Made by a program: the position numbers and the translations under genes | Notes under the pieces: generated by a model | What the model saw: only the letters and a program-made list of their open reading frames with translations | Told to the model about the DNA's origin: nothing | Database searches by the model: none | IMG/VR virus record: IMGVR_UViG_3300029305_003192 | Direction: 5' to 3' (one strand) | DNA length: 64,000 nucleotides | DNA from: a virus | Lineage: Duplodnaviria; Caudoviricetes | Shown here: positions 21,556 through 30,527 of the stretch, piece after piece | Numbering within the stretch: the stretch's first letter is position 1 | How the letters are laid out: each line of letters begins with the position of its first letter

Positions 21556-22317
21556 TTACATCCAGAGAACCGCCTCGATTGGTGAACGGTTTTGCTCAAG
21601 ACCACGTCTACTAATATTGACAGAGGTGGTCATCATACGAGACATATGCTCGAATATCTGGGAAGAGAATACAGACGAAACAGATACTACGCTTCGGATA
21701 TTATACGGCTCATAGTTATTCTTAGACATATCCTTGCCATATTTCAAACGGAACGGCTGACGAGGATTCTGTCTATCACGATAAAGTTCGCTGATAATAC
21801 ACTGGAGATAAGCATCCGGAACTCCTGGACTACATCCATTGATTTCCAGATTCATCTTCCACGCCTTGAAAATATCTTCATACTTAATAGTACGAGGAAT
21901 CTGGCCGCGTACCAGAATGTTAAGAAACTTAGTGCAGTTATCGATATTCTGTGGGCACTGGAGTGGCATAAGAATATCTCCTGTGGTATATTTAAGGACG
22001 ATAAATTCCTCCGGTTCTTCGCCAGGATATAATGCAATCTTCCTAGATTCAGAACCCGAAGGATTGGTAATAATGAGCTGGGGGTAGTTTAATGTATACA
22101 GTTTGGAATCTTCAATCTTATCTTCAGGTGTCATCGCTACTCTAGCATTAACGAGTGCGATAATCTTGAAAGATTCACCGACGGATGTAGCTACTGCAGA
22201 ATGCTCGATATCTTTATCGATTCTATCTGGTGAGAAGAGAATCTTTGGAATATAAAGTTCCAGTCTATCGGCTTCTACAACCACGTTACCATCTTTAATC
22301 TTAGTAAATGTAGCCAT
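21556..22317 (-). CDS. Split RNA polymerase beta-prime C-terminal fragment (probable virion RNAP)
   Basis: YLQCIISELYRD..PFR and SSVFSSQIFEHMSRMMTTSV resemble beta' region H (H.EVIVRQM / SFISAASFQETTRVLTEAA); late-type promoter upstream. Confidence 0.6.
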   Translation of the reverse strand: MATFTKIKDGNVVVEADRLELYIPKILFSPDRIDKDIEHSAVATSVGESFKIIALVNARVAMTPEDKIEDSKLYTLNYPQLIITNPSGSESRKIALYPGEEPEEFIVLKYTTGDILMPLQCPQNIDNCTKFLNILVRGQIPRTIKYEDIFKAWKMNLEINGCSPGVPDAYLQCIISELYRDRQNPRQPFRLKYGKDMSKNNYEPYNIRSVVSVSSVFSSQIFEHMSRMMTTSVNISRRGLEQNRSPIEAVLWM

Positions 22318-22377
22318 TAGAAACCTGCCTCCTTGTCATTGAGTTTAATCATATTATCTTCCTCCTTCTGTTAAACT

Positions 22378-22389
22378 TATGAAGTTGTC
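22378..22389 (-). promoter_or_regulatory. Putative late promoter variant GACA-N6-TA
   Basis: GACA-ACTTCA-TA just after a terminator. Confidence 0.5.
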
Positions 22390-22409
22390 ACGATTGTGAC
22401 TCAAAAGGA

Positions 22410-22453
22410 CAAAAAAAAAACAAATGAGAGCAGGTGGGATTCTTCCCACCTGC
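22410..22453 (-). terminator. Intrinsic terminator
   Basis: gcaggtggga/tcccacctgc stem with an A10 tract (U tract on - strand). Confidence 0.75.
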
Positions 22454-22465
22454 CCATATCTGTAG

Positions 22466-22858
22466 TTACTTCAGAAAGTCTGGAAGGTCCTTCTTAGTTG
22501 GTGCCTTCGGTCTTTCATTATCCTGGGTTCTAGAGCGATATACCCCAGGAATCATTTCCTCATCGTCGCCGTCTGCACCGCCAATAGCATTCTGATAGCA
22601 GATGTAAGCTGCCTCAGCAGAACGCTTTGATACTCCTTCGAGTGTCAGATCGATTTTAGTGTTACCTGATGCAAGCAGAGTAACACTATTGATTCTTGCG
22701 AACCCGATACAACCGACCTCCTTAACAATGACTGGAACGGTGCGTTCCATGTTATAAAGGAGATGACCTTCCTTGTTTATAACCAGGTTATCTCCAACTC
22801 TCAGGTCAATCTTGCGTCTTTCCTTGTCTGTCAATGTGATGAAAGATTCGATCTTCAT
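22466..22858 (-). CDS. Hypothetical protein
   Basis: 130-aa ORF with GGAGG SD. Confidence 0.65.
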   Translation of the reverse strand: MKIESFITLTDKERRKIDLRVGDNLVINKEGHLLYNMERTVPVIVKEVGCIGFARINSVTLLASGNTKIDLTLEGVSKRSAEAAYICYQNAIGGADGDDEEMIPGVYRSRTQDNERPKAPTKKDLPDFLK

Positions 22859-22873
22859 TTGTTCATTCCTCCA

Positions 22874-23365
22874 TTATGATCTTATTATATCAACCCCCGA
22901 TGTGTAATCGAGGATGGATTCTAATACATACATCTCCCCTTCAGTAGAAGGAGTGATACCATTAATGCCATGCTTTTTAAGACATCTTGCAAACTTGGTC
23001 TTTGCTGATGCTAAAGCAATCATCCATGCCCATCTATCTGGAGCAATACACTTCAGCTTCCAGGACATGTTCGGATAATCGTATAGTGGATAGTTCTCTC
23101 TGAGGATTCTTCTACCTACTATATTAGGTATAAGCTCGAAGAGAATTATCTTCTTTTGATATGGATGAGTTCTCTCATATTCTTTCAGACGATAGTTCTC
23201 CATCTGAAATGTATCGGTTACTACAATATCAAATTCCTCAAACTTTCGTGAGTTCATATCGTAAGTACCAACTACCGCAATCTTCGCGGCTTTATGTGGG
23301 AGTCTCATCTCCCTTTGCTCCAAGGCATACGACTGAAGTTTATAGAACAATTCGGTCTTGTTCAT
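22874..23365 (-). CDS. Hypothetical protein
   Basis: Start MNKTEL behind GGAGG. Confidence 0.6.
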   Translation of the reverse strand: MNKTELFYKLQSYALEQREMRLPHKAAKIAVVGTYDMNSRKFEEFDIVVTDTFQMENYRLKEYERTHPYQKKIILFELIPNIVGRRILRENYPLYDYPNMSWKLKCIAPDRWAWMIALASAKTKFARCLKKHGINGITPSTEGEMYVLESILDYTSGVDIIRS

Positions 23366-23433
23366 AGCTTTCAACCTCCTCAAAAAATTGGCGGTGAGGT
23401 GGGGTCAACACCCCGCCGCCATGTGATGAACTA

Positions 23434-24051
23434 TCAGGTTGTGATAGCCGCGAGTTCGTCGAATACTTCTTCGAAACTATCTTCGAGTTCGATTCCTTCG
23501 TCCTCGATGTCGATGTTTCTGAGTGCCTTTCTGACACCCTTGAAATATTTCATCTCAAGATTTCTAGAAATCTTGTCATGCTTTGCAAGCACATTGAAGA
23601 CTGTGATTGCAAGCATCTTCTTCTCCGCTGTAGATTCAGCCAGGTAGCGGATAGCGAATTCCTCCGCGTCGAGGTTTGCGGTCATGAAGTTGTGTTCATT
23701 AGCATAGAAGTATGCCTTCGCAGCCTCGTAGCGATTGATAATGACACGGGCCTTCTTACTGTAACGGAAACAGTTCTGTGATTTCTTACCCATGATGATG
23801 ATCACTGCACCGCTAGGTACAGTTACTACATCACCATCATGACAGATGTTGATTGTATCCGTAGTAACAGCGGCAGTCATGTGACCGCGGAGTCCGTCTG
23901 AAGCCTTGAGGTATTTCGCCTCAGTGATTATGGTGTACACTGGTGTCATTACACCATTGCCATAGTCCGTACGGTAGTTGGCGATGAGTTCACCGTTGAT
24001 TGATCCTCTGATGATTGCACATTCCTTTTTCTTGTTTGTCTTCTTTGCCAT
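23434..24051 (-). CDS. Hypothetical protein
   Basis: Start reassigned to MAKKTNKK (24051) behind AGGAGG; promoter motif upstream. Confidence 0.65.
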   Translation of the reverse strand: MAKKTNKKKECAIIRGSINGELIANYRTDYGNGVMTPVYTIITEAKYLKASDGLRGHMTAAVTTDTINICHDGDVVTVPSGAVIIIMGKKSQNCFRYSKKARVIINRYEAAKAYFYANEHNFMTANLDAEEFAIRYLAESTAEKKMLAITVFNVLAKHDKISRNLEMKYFKGVRKALRNIDIEDEGIELEDSFEEVFDELAAITT

Positions 24052-24116
24052 AAAGCATTTCCTCCTAAATTTAATTTGGTTTATTCTGGGGCTTATGTAT
24101 CCCCGCTTGCAACGTA

Positions 24117-24149
24117 ATGATATATACTTTCCAATGCCTTTTAAAAGAC
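24117..24149 (-). promoter_or_regulatory. Putative early-type promoter (GTCTTT-N17-TATATATCAT)
   Basis: Exact recurrent motif. Confidence 0.6.
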
Positions 24150-24150
24150 T

Positions 24151-24190
24151 AAAATTACCCCTAACCCGAGTGATGGTTAGGGGTAATTTA
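24151..24190 (-). terminator. Terminator hairpin
   Basis: aaattacccctaacc...ggttaggggtaattt. Confidence 0.75.
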
Positions 24191-24583
24191 TCATGTTGAC
24201 TTCTTGCGTTTACCTTTAAAGAGACCTCCGAGTACATCGAACAGTGTACCCTTATATCCCTTCCAAAGGTAATCCGACATATTGGGAGGTGTTGTCTTTC
24301 GAGCATTGAGTTTCTTCTGTACTGCCCTCAGATGTTTAATAACCGCATCATCGGCAGCGTATGTGCCCTGAGTTTCAAATCTCTGATTGAGAGTTGCTTT
24401 GATACATACCATCTTATGGATAGATGGGTCTATCTCTGCAGTCTTGTGAAGGTAAACGCGTACGGTAGTTGCACCGATACCGTAATCCTCAGCAAGAGAG
24501 CGGATAGTTGTTGATGAGGACAGCACATAGTCGAATACGATATTCCAATATGTGTTATCATCTACAGCCATTACGTTAAGCAT
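24191..24583 (-). CDS. SpoIIID-like HTH transcription regulator
   Basis: YVLSSSTTIRSLAEDYGIGATTVRVYLHKTAEIDPSIHKMV aligns by eye with SpoIIID YIVETKKTVRVIAKEFGVSKSTVHKDLTERLPEINPDLANEV. Confidence 0.55.
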   Translation of the reverse strand: MLNVMAVDDNTYWNIVFDYVLSSSTTIRSLAEDYGIGATTVRVYLHKTAEIDPSIHKMVCIKATLNQRFETQGTYAADDAVIKHLRAVQKKLNARKTTPPNMSDYLWKGYKGTLFDVLGGLFKGKRKKST

Positions 24584-24614
24584 TGGAATTCACCTCATTA
24601 ATGTAGATTTAGTG

Positions 24615-27266
24615 TCATGAAAGAACGATTATCTTTCCGTGCCTATTAATGAGGTGTTCGTCGGCAGATGTTGTAATGATATCTACCGGGTAGCCTTCAA
24701 AGATGTCGTTATGGGTAATGAAGAATGCTTGCTCGGCATTAATCTTCTTAAAGTACTGAGAGAAGATGAGTAATAATGAGCGACGGCTTACATTATGAAT
24801 TGGACCATCGACTTCGTCAAGTAACGGGATGTTATATTTAGAAGAGCTCTTCATCATCAGAGCAAATGATAATGCTATTGAGATAATGGCTCTTTCACCC
24901 TGGGATGCAGAAACTACATCATCGATAATACGCCCACCTTTACTATACGGAATACGGAATTCCTTATCATTGATTACGAATTCACATACCTCCACATCAG
25001 GAAGTACATTGGCGAGCATATCATTTATGTCGTCGACACAGTCATTCAGGAACGACTGTACATATATGAGTGGGATGCCGTTCTTCGGCGAAGATGCCTT
25101 GATGATGAGATTAAGTATCTTGAGTTCATTTGCTATATCGGCAAATTCTCTCTGATAATCAATAACCGTGTTGAGTTTAATAATACCAGCAGTGAGCTCG
25201 CCATCAATAGCTCTAACCTCACCCTGCAGAATAGTGAGAGTGTCCTCAAGGGATTTAATTCTGTCTTTATTACTCAATACGATACCGTGTCTGTCATCGA
25301 GCTTCTTGAGTTCCAACTGAGCGTTCTCAATATCCCGAATACTTGTCTGTATTTCATCCTTGATCTTATTGATATTCTTAAGACAGTCATAGGACCTATT
25401 GAGAGTAGCCTGGTATTCAGTGATGGATTTATTAGCTTCCTCAATATTCCTGATAGCTTCCTTATTAGAACGAATCTGCTCAACCACCGCTTTATATTCA
25501 GCCTGAATTTTCTCAACTGATACATCGAGGGTGCTATCGAGACTTCTTCTGAGTTCAATACTCTTAACTTCCGCTATTGCGAGCTTCTCACGCTTGACAC
25601 ACTTCTCAAGAGTGTCTATAATGACATCATTATCATACCATATACGAGAGGTATTCTTACTGAGAATCTTATCCACTGATGTGATAGATAGAGCCCCTAT
25701 ATTTCGAAGTTTGTTTGCAACACCGTTGAATATCTTACGACACTGCTCAATACGGTTCCATACTACTGGGTATGATGAGAGCTCATCAATTCTACTATTC
25801 AGATAGTCAATTTCATTTTGTATCTTGGTAATCTTTGTCCTCATCTCATTCTTATCCGTGGTACTCTTTATAGTATTAGGATGAGTATAGAAGAATGGAC
25901 ATGTTGAGAATATCTTACACTCCTTAGGCAATGCGAGCTCATCAGATACATCATAACTATCCACGTACTTTATATTGGCAGCTGACCTCTGGAGCTTGTA
26001 TATTTTACCCTGTATCATGTCTATCTGATGTCTAGCACCAGATACCATCTCGGAATTGCCTTTAAGAAGAGCATGAACGACATCAGGATTCTCAATAACT
26101 ACCGCATTAAGTTCAATGTCCATAACCCTAAGCTGACCAATGATTGTATTGATTTCTTCAGAGTTGTATTCACATTCGAAGCCCTCAATATCTGCTCGCA
26201 GTGATTCTATCTCTTCAAGATACTTCTTATACTCAGCCTGTAACTGAGCAATATAATCGTCATTAGCAGATGTCTGTAGCAAGTGCTCGAGTTCTATTCT
26301 TCGCTTCTCCTGCTGTTGATTATCCATATTCAATGAACTGATGAGTGCATTGTTATTCTGGATATCAGCATCAGCTTTACCGAGCTCTCTATTGATGTTA
26401 TCAAGAGTGCCATACTGCTCCAAGAGAAGGTCTATTTCAAACTGCTTGGAAGTTATCTTGTCGGTGAGAGATGATATCAGGGTGCGTAGATAATCCATAC
26501 GAGCTTCATACTCAGTTACGGTTTTGCCTTCAAGATATATTTCACTTTCCGTTCTGAGTGAGCTGAGTTCATCATTAGTAGCAGCGACTCTTCCCTCCGC
26601 AAGTTTCAACTGATTAGCGAGTTCTTCATTACGACCACGCATTATTGCGATATCATCTTCACTCACACCGTTGAGTTTACGGGCGATAAGCTGTGACTGA
26701 GCAGTCAATCCTCTAGCTCTCTCTTTCATATCCTTGTGTATAGTAAGATATGTCTCAACATCTGTCTGTCTACGAGCAATATACTCCTTACGTTCGATAG
26801 TCGGCATATCTATGACGTTAGCTACATTAGGACCGAGTCTGAGAAGTCTTGTCAAATCTGCAGAGAATCCGAGCTCCGCTTCAACTATCTCTCTGAATGA
26901 GTTCTGATTACCATTCTCATTCAACTCAACGCCGTTCTTCTCGATGAATGACTTCACGGCATGATGGTCCTTCGTCCAAGTATACTTATGGACTATTCGG
27001 TATATGTCTCCATCGTCATTATATACAATCTCCTTCTTACCATTCTCTCCCGAGATGATAATAGGATTGGAATTTCTTTCATCGAGAGTTCCCACATGTG
27101 CATAGGGTATAAGATGACTAAGTATTGTGGTCTTACCAGAACCCATTGGTCCTACCAATAGCATAATCTGGTTCTCACACTTTGTCAGGTCTATGTGTAG
27201 TTTTCGTTTACCCATACCAGTTTCGATAGCTATAAAGTTCTCAAAGAGAACTGATTCTATCTTCAT
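24615..27266 (-). CDS. SbcC/Rad50-like SMC ATPase (recombination nuclease subunit)
   Basis: Walker A GPMGSGKT, long coiled coil with central CKIFSTCPF, signature ASQGE, Walker B LLDEVDG, H-loop ITHN. Confidence 0.9.
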   Translation of the reverse strand: MKIESVLFENFIAIETGMGKRKLHIDLTKCENQIMLLVGPMGSGKTTILSHLIPYAHVGTLDERNSNPIIISGENGKKEIVYNDDGDIYRIVHKYTWTKDHHAVKSFIEKNGVELNENGNQNSFREIVEAELGFSADLTRLLRLGPNVANVIDMPTIERKEYIARRQTDVETYLTIHKDMKERARGLTAQSQLIARKLNGVSEDDIAIMRGRNEELANQLKLAEGRVAATNDELSSLRTESEIYLEGKTVTEYEARMDYLRTLISSLTDKITSKQFEIDLLLEQYGTLDNINRELGKADADIQNNNALISSLNMDNQQQEKRRIELEHLLQTSANDDYIAQLQAEYKKYLEEIESLRADIEGFECEYNSEEINTIIGQLRVMDIELNAVVIENPDVVHALLKGNSEMVSGARHQIDMIQGKIYKLQRSAANIKYVDSYDVSDELALPKECKIFSTCPFFYTHPNTIKSTTDKNEMRTKITKIQNEIDYLNSRIDELSSYPVVWNRIEQCRKIFNGVANKLRNIGALSITSVDKILSKNTSRIWYDNDVIIDTLEKCVKREKLAIAEVKSIELRRSLDSTLDVSVEKIQAEYKAVVEQIRSNKEAIRNIEEANKSITEYQATLNRSYDCLKNINKIKDEIQTSIRDIENAQLELKKLDDRHGIVLSNKDRIKSLEDTLTILQGEVRAIDGELTAGIIKLNTVIDYQREFADIANELKILNLIIKASSPKNGIPLIYVQSFLNDCVDDINDMLANVLPDVEVCEFVINDKEFRIPYSKGGRIIDDVVSASQGERAIISIALSFALMMKSSSKYNIPLLDEVDGPIHNVSRRSLLLIFSQYFKKINAEQAFFITHNDIFEGYPVDIITTSADEHLINRHGKIIVLS

Positions 27267-27288
27267 TTTATCACGTCCTTTCTATGCG

Positions 27289-27298
27289 ATGATATATA
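27289..27298 (-). promoter_or_regulatory. Early-type motif TATATATCAT
   Basis: Directly upstream of the SbcC SD. Confidence 0.55.
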
Positions 27299-27304
27299 TC
27301 TTCA

Positions 27305-27335
27305 CAAAAAAGAAGGGTGGGATTATCCACCCTTC
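27305..27335 (-). terminator. Terminator of the MRP-leader gene cluster
   Basis: gaagggtgg/ccacccttc stem plus A tract. Confidence 0.75.
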
Positions 27336-27340
27336 AGATA

Positions 27341-27448
27341 TCAGAATATCCACAATTCGCATGATCCGAATATATACTGAATTGTCTTGCGACTCTTTCG
27401 TAGTTGACGTAGATACCCTTTTCGACGTCGACGTCTTACTGGACGCAT
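27341..27448 (-). CDS. 35-aa Arg-rich peptide MRPVRRRRRKGYLRQLRKSRKTIQYIFGSCELWIF (not in the ORF track)
   Basis: Translated by hand; overlaps the previous gene's stop, has an AGGTG SD, ends before the terminator and matches the neighbours' leader. Confidence 0.7.
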   Translation of the reverse strand: MRPVRRRRRKGYLRQLRKSRKTIQYIFGSCELWIF

Positions 27449-27780
27449 TGAGTTACACCTGCTTCTGATATATTTAGAACGTATTCACTGAAGTACTGTC
27501 TGTTCGATTTCAGCTTTATCAGGTTAGTATTCTTACTCAATACATGGAAGAGCATCGATACTGCAGTCATGTGAGCTTTTACGATATCTGGACACTCGTT
27601 CACATCGGTATGGAACGTTGCGTTATTATCTTTCACTGTCGAGACATACATACCCTTTGGAGTGCAGTTATCACCTGAATGTGTAGCATGTACATATGCC
27701 CGTAATTGACGGATAACCTGTTTAGTGTGACGTATACGCGTCAGTGTGCCCTTTGCCATTCTTCGTCTTCTTGGTCTCAT
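27436..27780 (-). CDS. MRP-leader small protein
   Basis: Starts MRPRRRRMAKGTLTRIR. Confidence 0.75.
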   Translation of the reverse strand: MRPRRRRMAKGTLTRIRHTKQVIRQLRAYVHATHSGDNCTPKGMYVSTVKDNNATFHTDVNECPDIVKAHMTAVSMLFHVLSKNTNLIKLKSNRQYFSEYVLNISEAGVTQCVQ

Positions 27781-27782
27781 AA

Positions 27783-28121
27783 TTAGCCCTCCTCTATATT
27801 TTCTATACTATGCACGCGTACGTGCTCTTCGATATACTTAGAATATGGATTCGCCAACATGTGTAGTGTAGGTTCATTATTAGCAACTGCATTATCGAGT
27901 GCTTCTATTATTGATACACCTTCGATCGTGTATTTGGATTCGTCCGTGCCGTCAGAGAATATTACAGACAGTACACGATCACCATCATCTGAGTACTCCG
28001 GCATGAATGTGAAGTTGCAGCATAAATCACGAATGTGGTTTGAATACCACTCGATAAATTTACGGTTCTTACGCATAAATCGCAGATACCCTTTCTTCCT
28101 TCTTTGTCTTCTTGGTCTCAT
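27783..28121 (-). CDS. MRP-leader small protein
   Basis: Starts MRPRRQRRKKGYLRFMRKNRKFI; GGAGGA SD. Confidence 0.75.
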   Translation of the reverse strand: MRPRRQRRKKGYLRFMRKNRKFIEWYSNHIRDLCCNFTFMPEYSDDGDRVLSVIFSDGTDESKYTIEGVSIIEALDNAVANNEPTLHMLANPYSKYIEEHVRVHSIENIEEG

Positions 28122-28123
28122 AA

Positions 28124-28507
28124 TTATTCCTCCTTTACAATACCGTCATAACTCTTAATTGGTCCAATAGGGTCCTTTATTCCCTCTAACCAATCTCTGC
28201 GATAGCCGTTTATTCGCTCCACCAGCTGCTCTGTCGGGTCTTTCGATTCATCTACGATAGATTTAGAATACGGCAAGTAGTAGTATGCAGGAACCGATAG
28301 TAATGACTCTTTAAACGTTTTCACAAAATGCTCAGATGTATATAGCAGTACAAACTCGCCATCTGGTGCTTTTGCATATAAATTACCGTGAATATTGGTT
28401 ACCTCCAGTGATCTTACTGGAGGTAACCCAAGACGCTTTATCACGTATGAATTCTTTCGAATGATTGTACGTACGCCCTTCTTCAGGCGTTTTCTTTTAG
28501 GTCTCAT
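28124..28507 (-). CDS. MRP-leader small protein
   Basis: True start MRPKRKRLKKGVRTIIRKN at 28507 (ATGA overlap, GGAGGA SD). Confidence 0.75.
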   Translation of the reverse strand: MRPKRKRLKKGVRTIIRKNSYVIKRLGLPPVRSLEVTNIHGNLYAKAPDGEFVLLYTSEHFVKTFKESLLSVPAYYYLPYSKSIVDESKDPTEQLVERINGYRRDWLEGIKDPIGPIKSYDGIVKEE

Positions 28508-28815
28508 GTATTTTCTCCTCCTGGCATTGAAACTTGATATGCCCACTTAACTGACATCTGTGGTAGTATGGGCATAATCTGTTCGGATTCTGATATATTA
28601 TTGGAACTCGGGCATGGCTCTTTCTTACATACAAATACCGTTAATTTACCGAAATTGTCTGGGTCATATGTCACAAAGTGCGTATATAGAGGGTTCATAT
28701 ACTCTTCGTGGTGATTTATATAATACTCCATTAGTGTTCGATGAATAGCCTTTTCCACACCTTTAAAATCACGTAACAACCTTCGATAACCCGGAGAGCG
28801 CCTGTAGTGCCTCAT
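28504..28815 (-). CDS. MRH-leader small protein
   Basis: Starts MRHYRRSPGYRRLLR; similar to 28820-29110 over its N-terminal half. Confidence 0.75.
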   Translation of the reverse strand: MRHYRRSPGYRRLLRDFKGVEKAIHRTLMEYYINHHEEYMNPLYTHFVTYDPDNFGKLTVFVCKKEPCPSSNNISESEQIMPILPQMSVKWAYQVSMPGGENT

Positions 28816-28819
28816 GAAT

Positions 28820-29110
28820 TTACCTCCTTCTTTTCCGCACGTAGTTTCTCAGAGATAATAATTGAGGGTCATTAGATTTTATACATATCATCCTCTTATC
28901 GATTTTATCGCTATTGAAGTATATAGTGCGGAGCCAGATGTTACCAGTAGATATATTGGAAGATACTCGGTGTCTAAATATCCAATTATCGTACTCTTCG
29001 GGATAATACTGAAGCAGATACGATATCATATGTCTATGATCTATCTTCTCTACTTTACGTGCGATTTTTATATTCCGCCTTGAGCCCGGGGAACGTCGGT
29101 AGTGTCTCAT
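28820..29110 (-). CDS. MRH-leader small protein
   Basis: Starts MRHYRRSPGSRRNIK; AAGGAGG SD. Confidence 0.75.
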   Translation of the reverse strand: MRHYRRSPGSRRNIKIARKVEKIDHRHMISYLLQYYPEEYDNWIFRHRVSSNISTGNIWLRTIYFNSDKIDKRMICIKSNDPQLLSLRNYVRKRRR

Positions 29111-29124
29111 ATAACAATCCCTCC

Positions 29125-29883
29125 TTAGGGTATATTGAACGAATCTTCACTAGATACGATAATCTTGCCTGCACCATCAATAGTAGATGCACCATCAGTG
29201 GTTTCGGTCACGATAGGATTCTGCATGTCAATAGGTAAGTGGTTTATTTCTCTCTGAATCTCTGGAGCAGTGAGAGATTTACCTACAGGGTTCTCTGGAT
29301 CGAGCTCGTAGAGGATAATGGAATATCCCAGCTTGAGTGCCTGACAACCTCTATCCATAAGCAGGAATGAGATATTACCATCTTCACTTCTCATTACAGA
29401 GGAGAAGTTAAAGAATGCGTTTCTATCACTGAAACCATCCTTAACTTCTTCGATAGATACATGCTTGGCATGAAATGCCTGCTTGAGAGCACGCTTGAGG
29501 ATATTATCCTTTGTAGTAATCTCTGGAATAGTAAGCTTTGTGCTCTCGTTGTATACGTGCTGGATATTCTTCTTATCCTTAAGAACCACCAGCATGTTAC
29601 CCGGCTCCATGTTAGATACATGTGTTTTGATGAGATAGTCAGCACGCTCATCTGGGTCTGGATGAACGAATTCATGGAATCCGTCACTGTCCACGTAAAT
29701 ACCCGGCTCAATTGATGACTTCTTTATCTTACCACGGTAGAGGAAGAACACATCGTCATCTCCGTAATCTTCTCTGAAGATATACGCTTTACCATACTCA
29801 GGGACTGTACGATCTTTATCATACAGCTCCATATCATAGACTCCTGTGTTGGTAACGATAATATTTTTGCTTGTTTCACTCAT
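29125..29883 (-). CDS. Hypothetical protein, possible C-terminal HTH
   Basis: 252-aa ORF with AAGGAG SD. Confidence 0.65.
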   Translation of the reverse strand: MSETSKNIIVTNTGVYDMELYDKDRTVPEYGKAYIFREDYGDDDVFFLYRGKIKKSSIEPGIYVDSDGFHEFVHPDPDERADYLIKTHVSNMEPGNMLVVLKDKKNIQHVYNESTKLTIPEITTKDNILKRALKQAFHAKHVSIEEVKDGFSDRNAFFNFSSVMRSEDGNISFLLMDRGCQALKLGYSIILYELDPENPVGKSLTAPEIQREINHLPIDMQNPIVTETTDGASTIDGAGKIIVSSEDSFNIP

Positions 29884-29900
29884 GATTAGTATCTCCTTTG

Positions 29901-30527
29901 TTATTTTGATGCAAATGGGTTTCTATTTGGCATAGGTGTACTTGTACCCGGATTATATGCAGGATGCATGGGAGAGTCAGTCCATCTAGCCATAAGCATG
30001 TAGAGCATCAACTCTCGACTGAAGTCGAAGTTGGTAATTATATGAGAAAGTGATAGTAACTCATCAACTGTCAGGCATGCATAATTGTCAGTCTCGTTAA
30101 TGACTATGATGACTCCCTCATAACGCTTCAGGTCGTCGCGCTCTACAACCACGGGACGAATTTCCAGAAAGCTATGAGTATATTTTCCGGAGTATGCCGA
30201 GGTCTTCAGGTCATTGTAGTCGTTATTGAAGTACAACTGCCCTGTATCGGATTTGACGAAGAGGTCCTTCTTTTTCTCATCGAAGAACCACTCCAGGGCA
30301 GTACCTAATGCATTGATAAGCTGGACGTGATGGTCCCAACCAATAGTGAACTTTGCACGATTTATTGCAATTTCAAGCTTAACTGACGATGGAATAGTAG
30401 TACATTTCCACTCAGAGTTGTCTGATGGGTTAAACCACGTTCTATCGGTAAATCCTATATTAGCCGCCTTAGATCGGACTACAAAGTCTCCGAACTTTAC
30501 AAGCAGGCGTTCATATAACTGCATCAT
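29901..30527 (-). CDS. Hypothetical protein
   Basis: Coupled to the helicase stop. Confidence 0.65.
   Translation of the reverse strand: MMQLYERLLVKFGDFVVRSKAANIGFTDRTWFNPSDNSEWKCTTIPSSVKLEIAINRAKFTIGWDHHVQLINALGTALEWFFDEKKKDLFVKSDTGQLYFNNDYNDLKTSAYSGKYTHSFLEIRPVVVERDDLKRYEGVIIVINETDNYACLTVDELLSLSHIITNFDFSRELMLYMLMARWTDSPMHPAYNPGTSTPMPNRNPFASK

Noticed and set aside
24052-24306. Extended N-terminus of ORF 23434-24306
   Set aside because: It spans a terminator, a promoter motif and the upstream gene; the SD-supported start is 24051
27341-29110. Tat signal peptides as the explanation for the RR-rich leaders
   Set aside because: No hydrophobic h-region or AxA cleavage site follows the arginines
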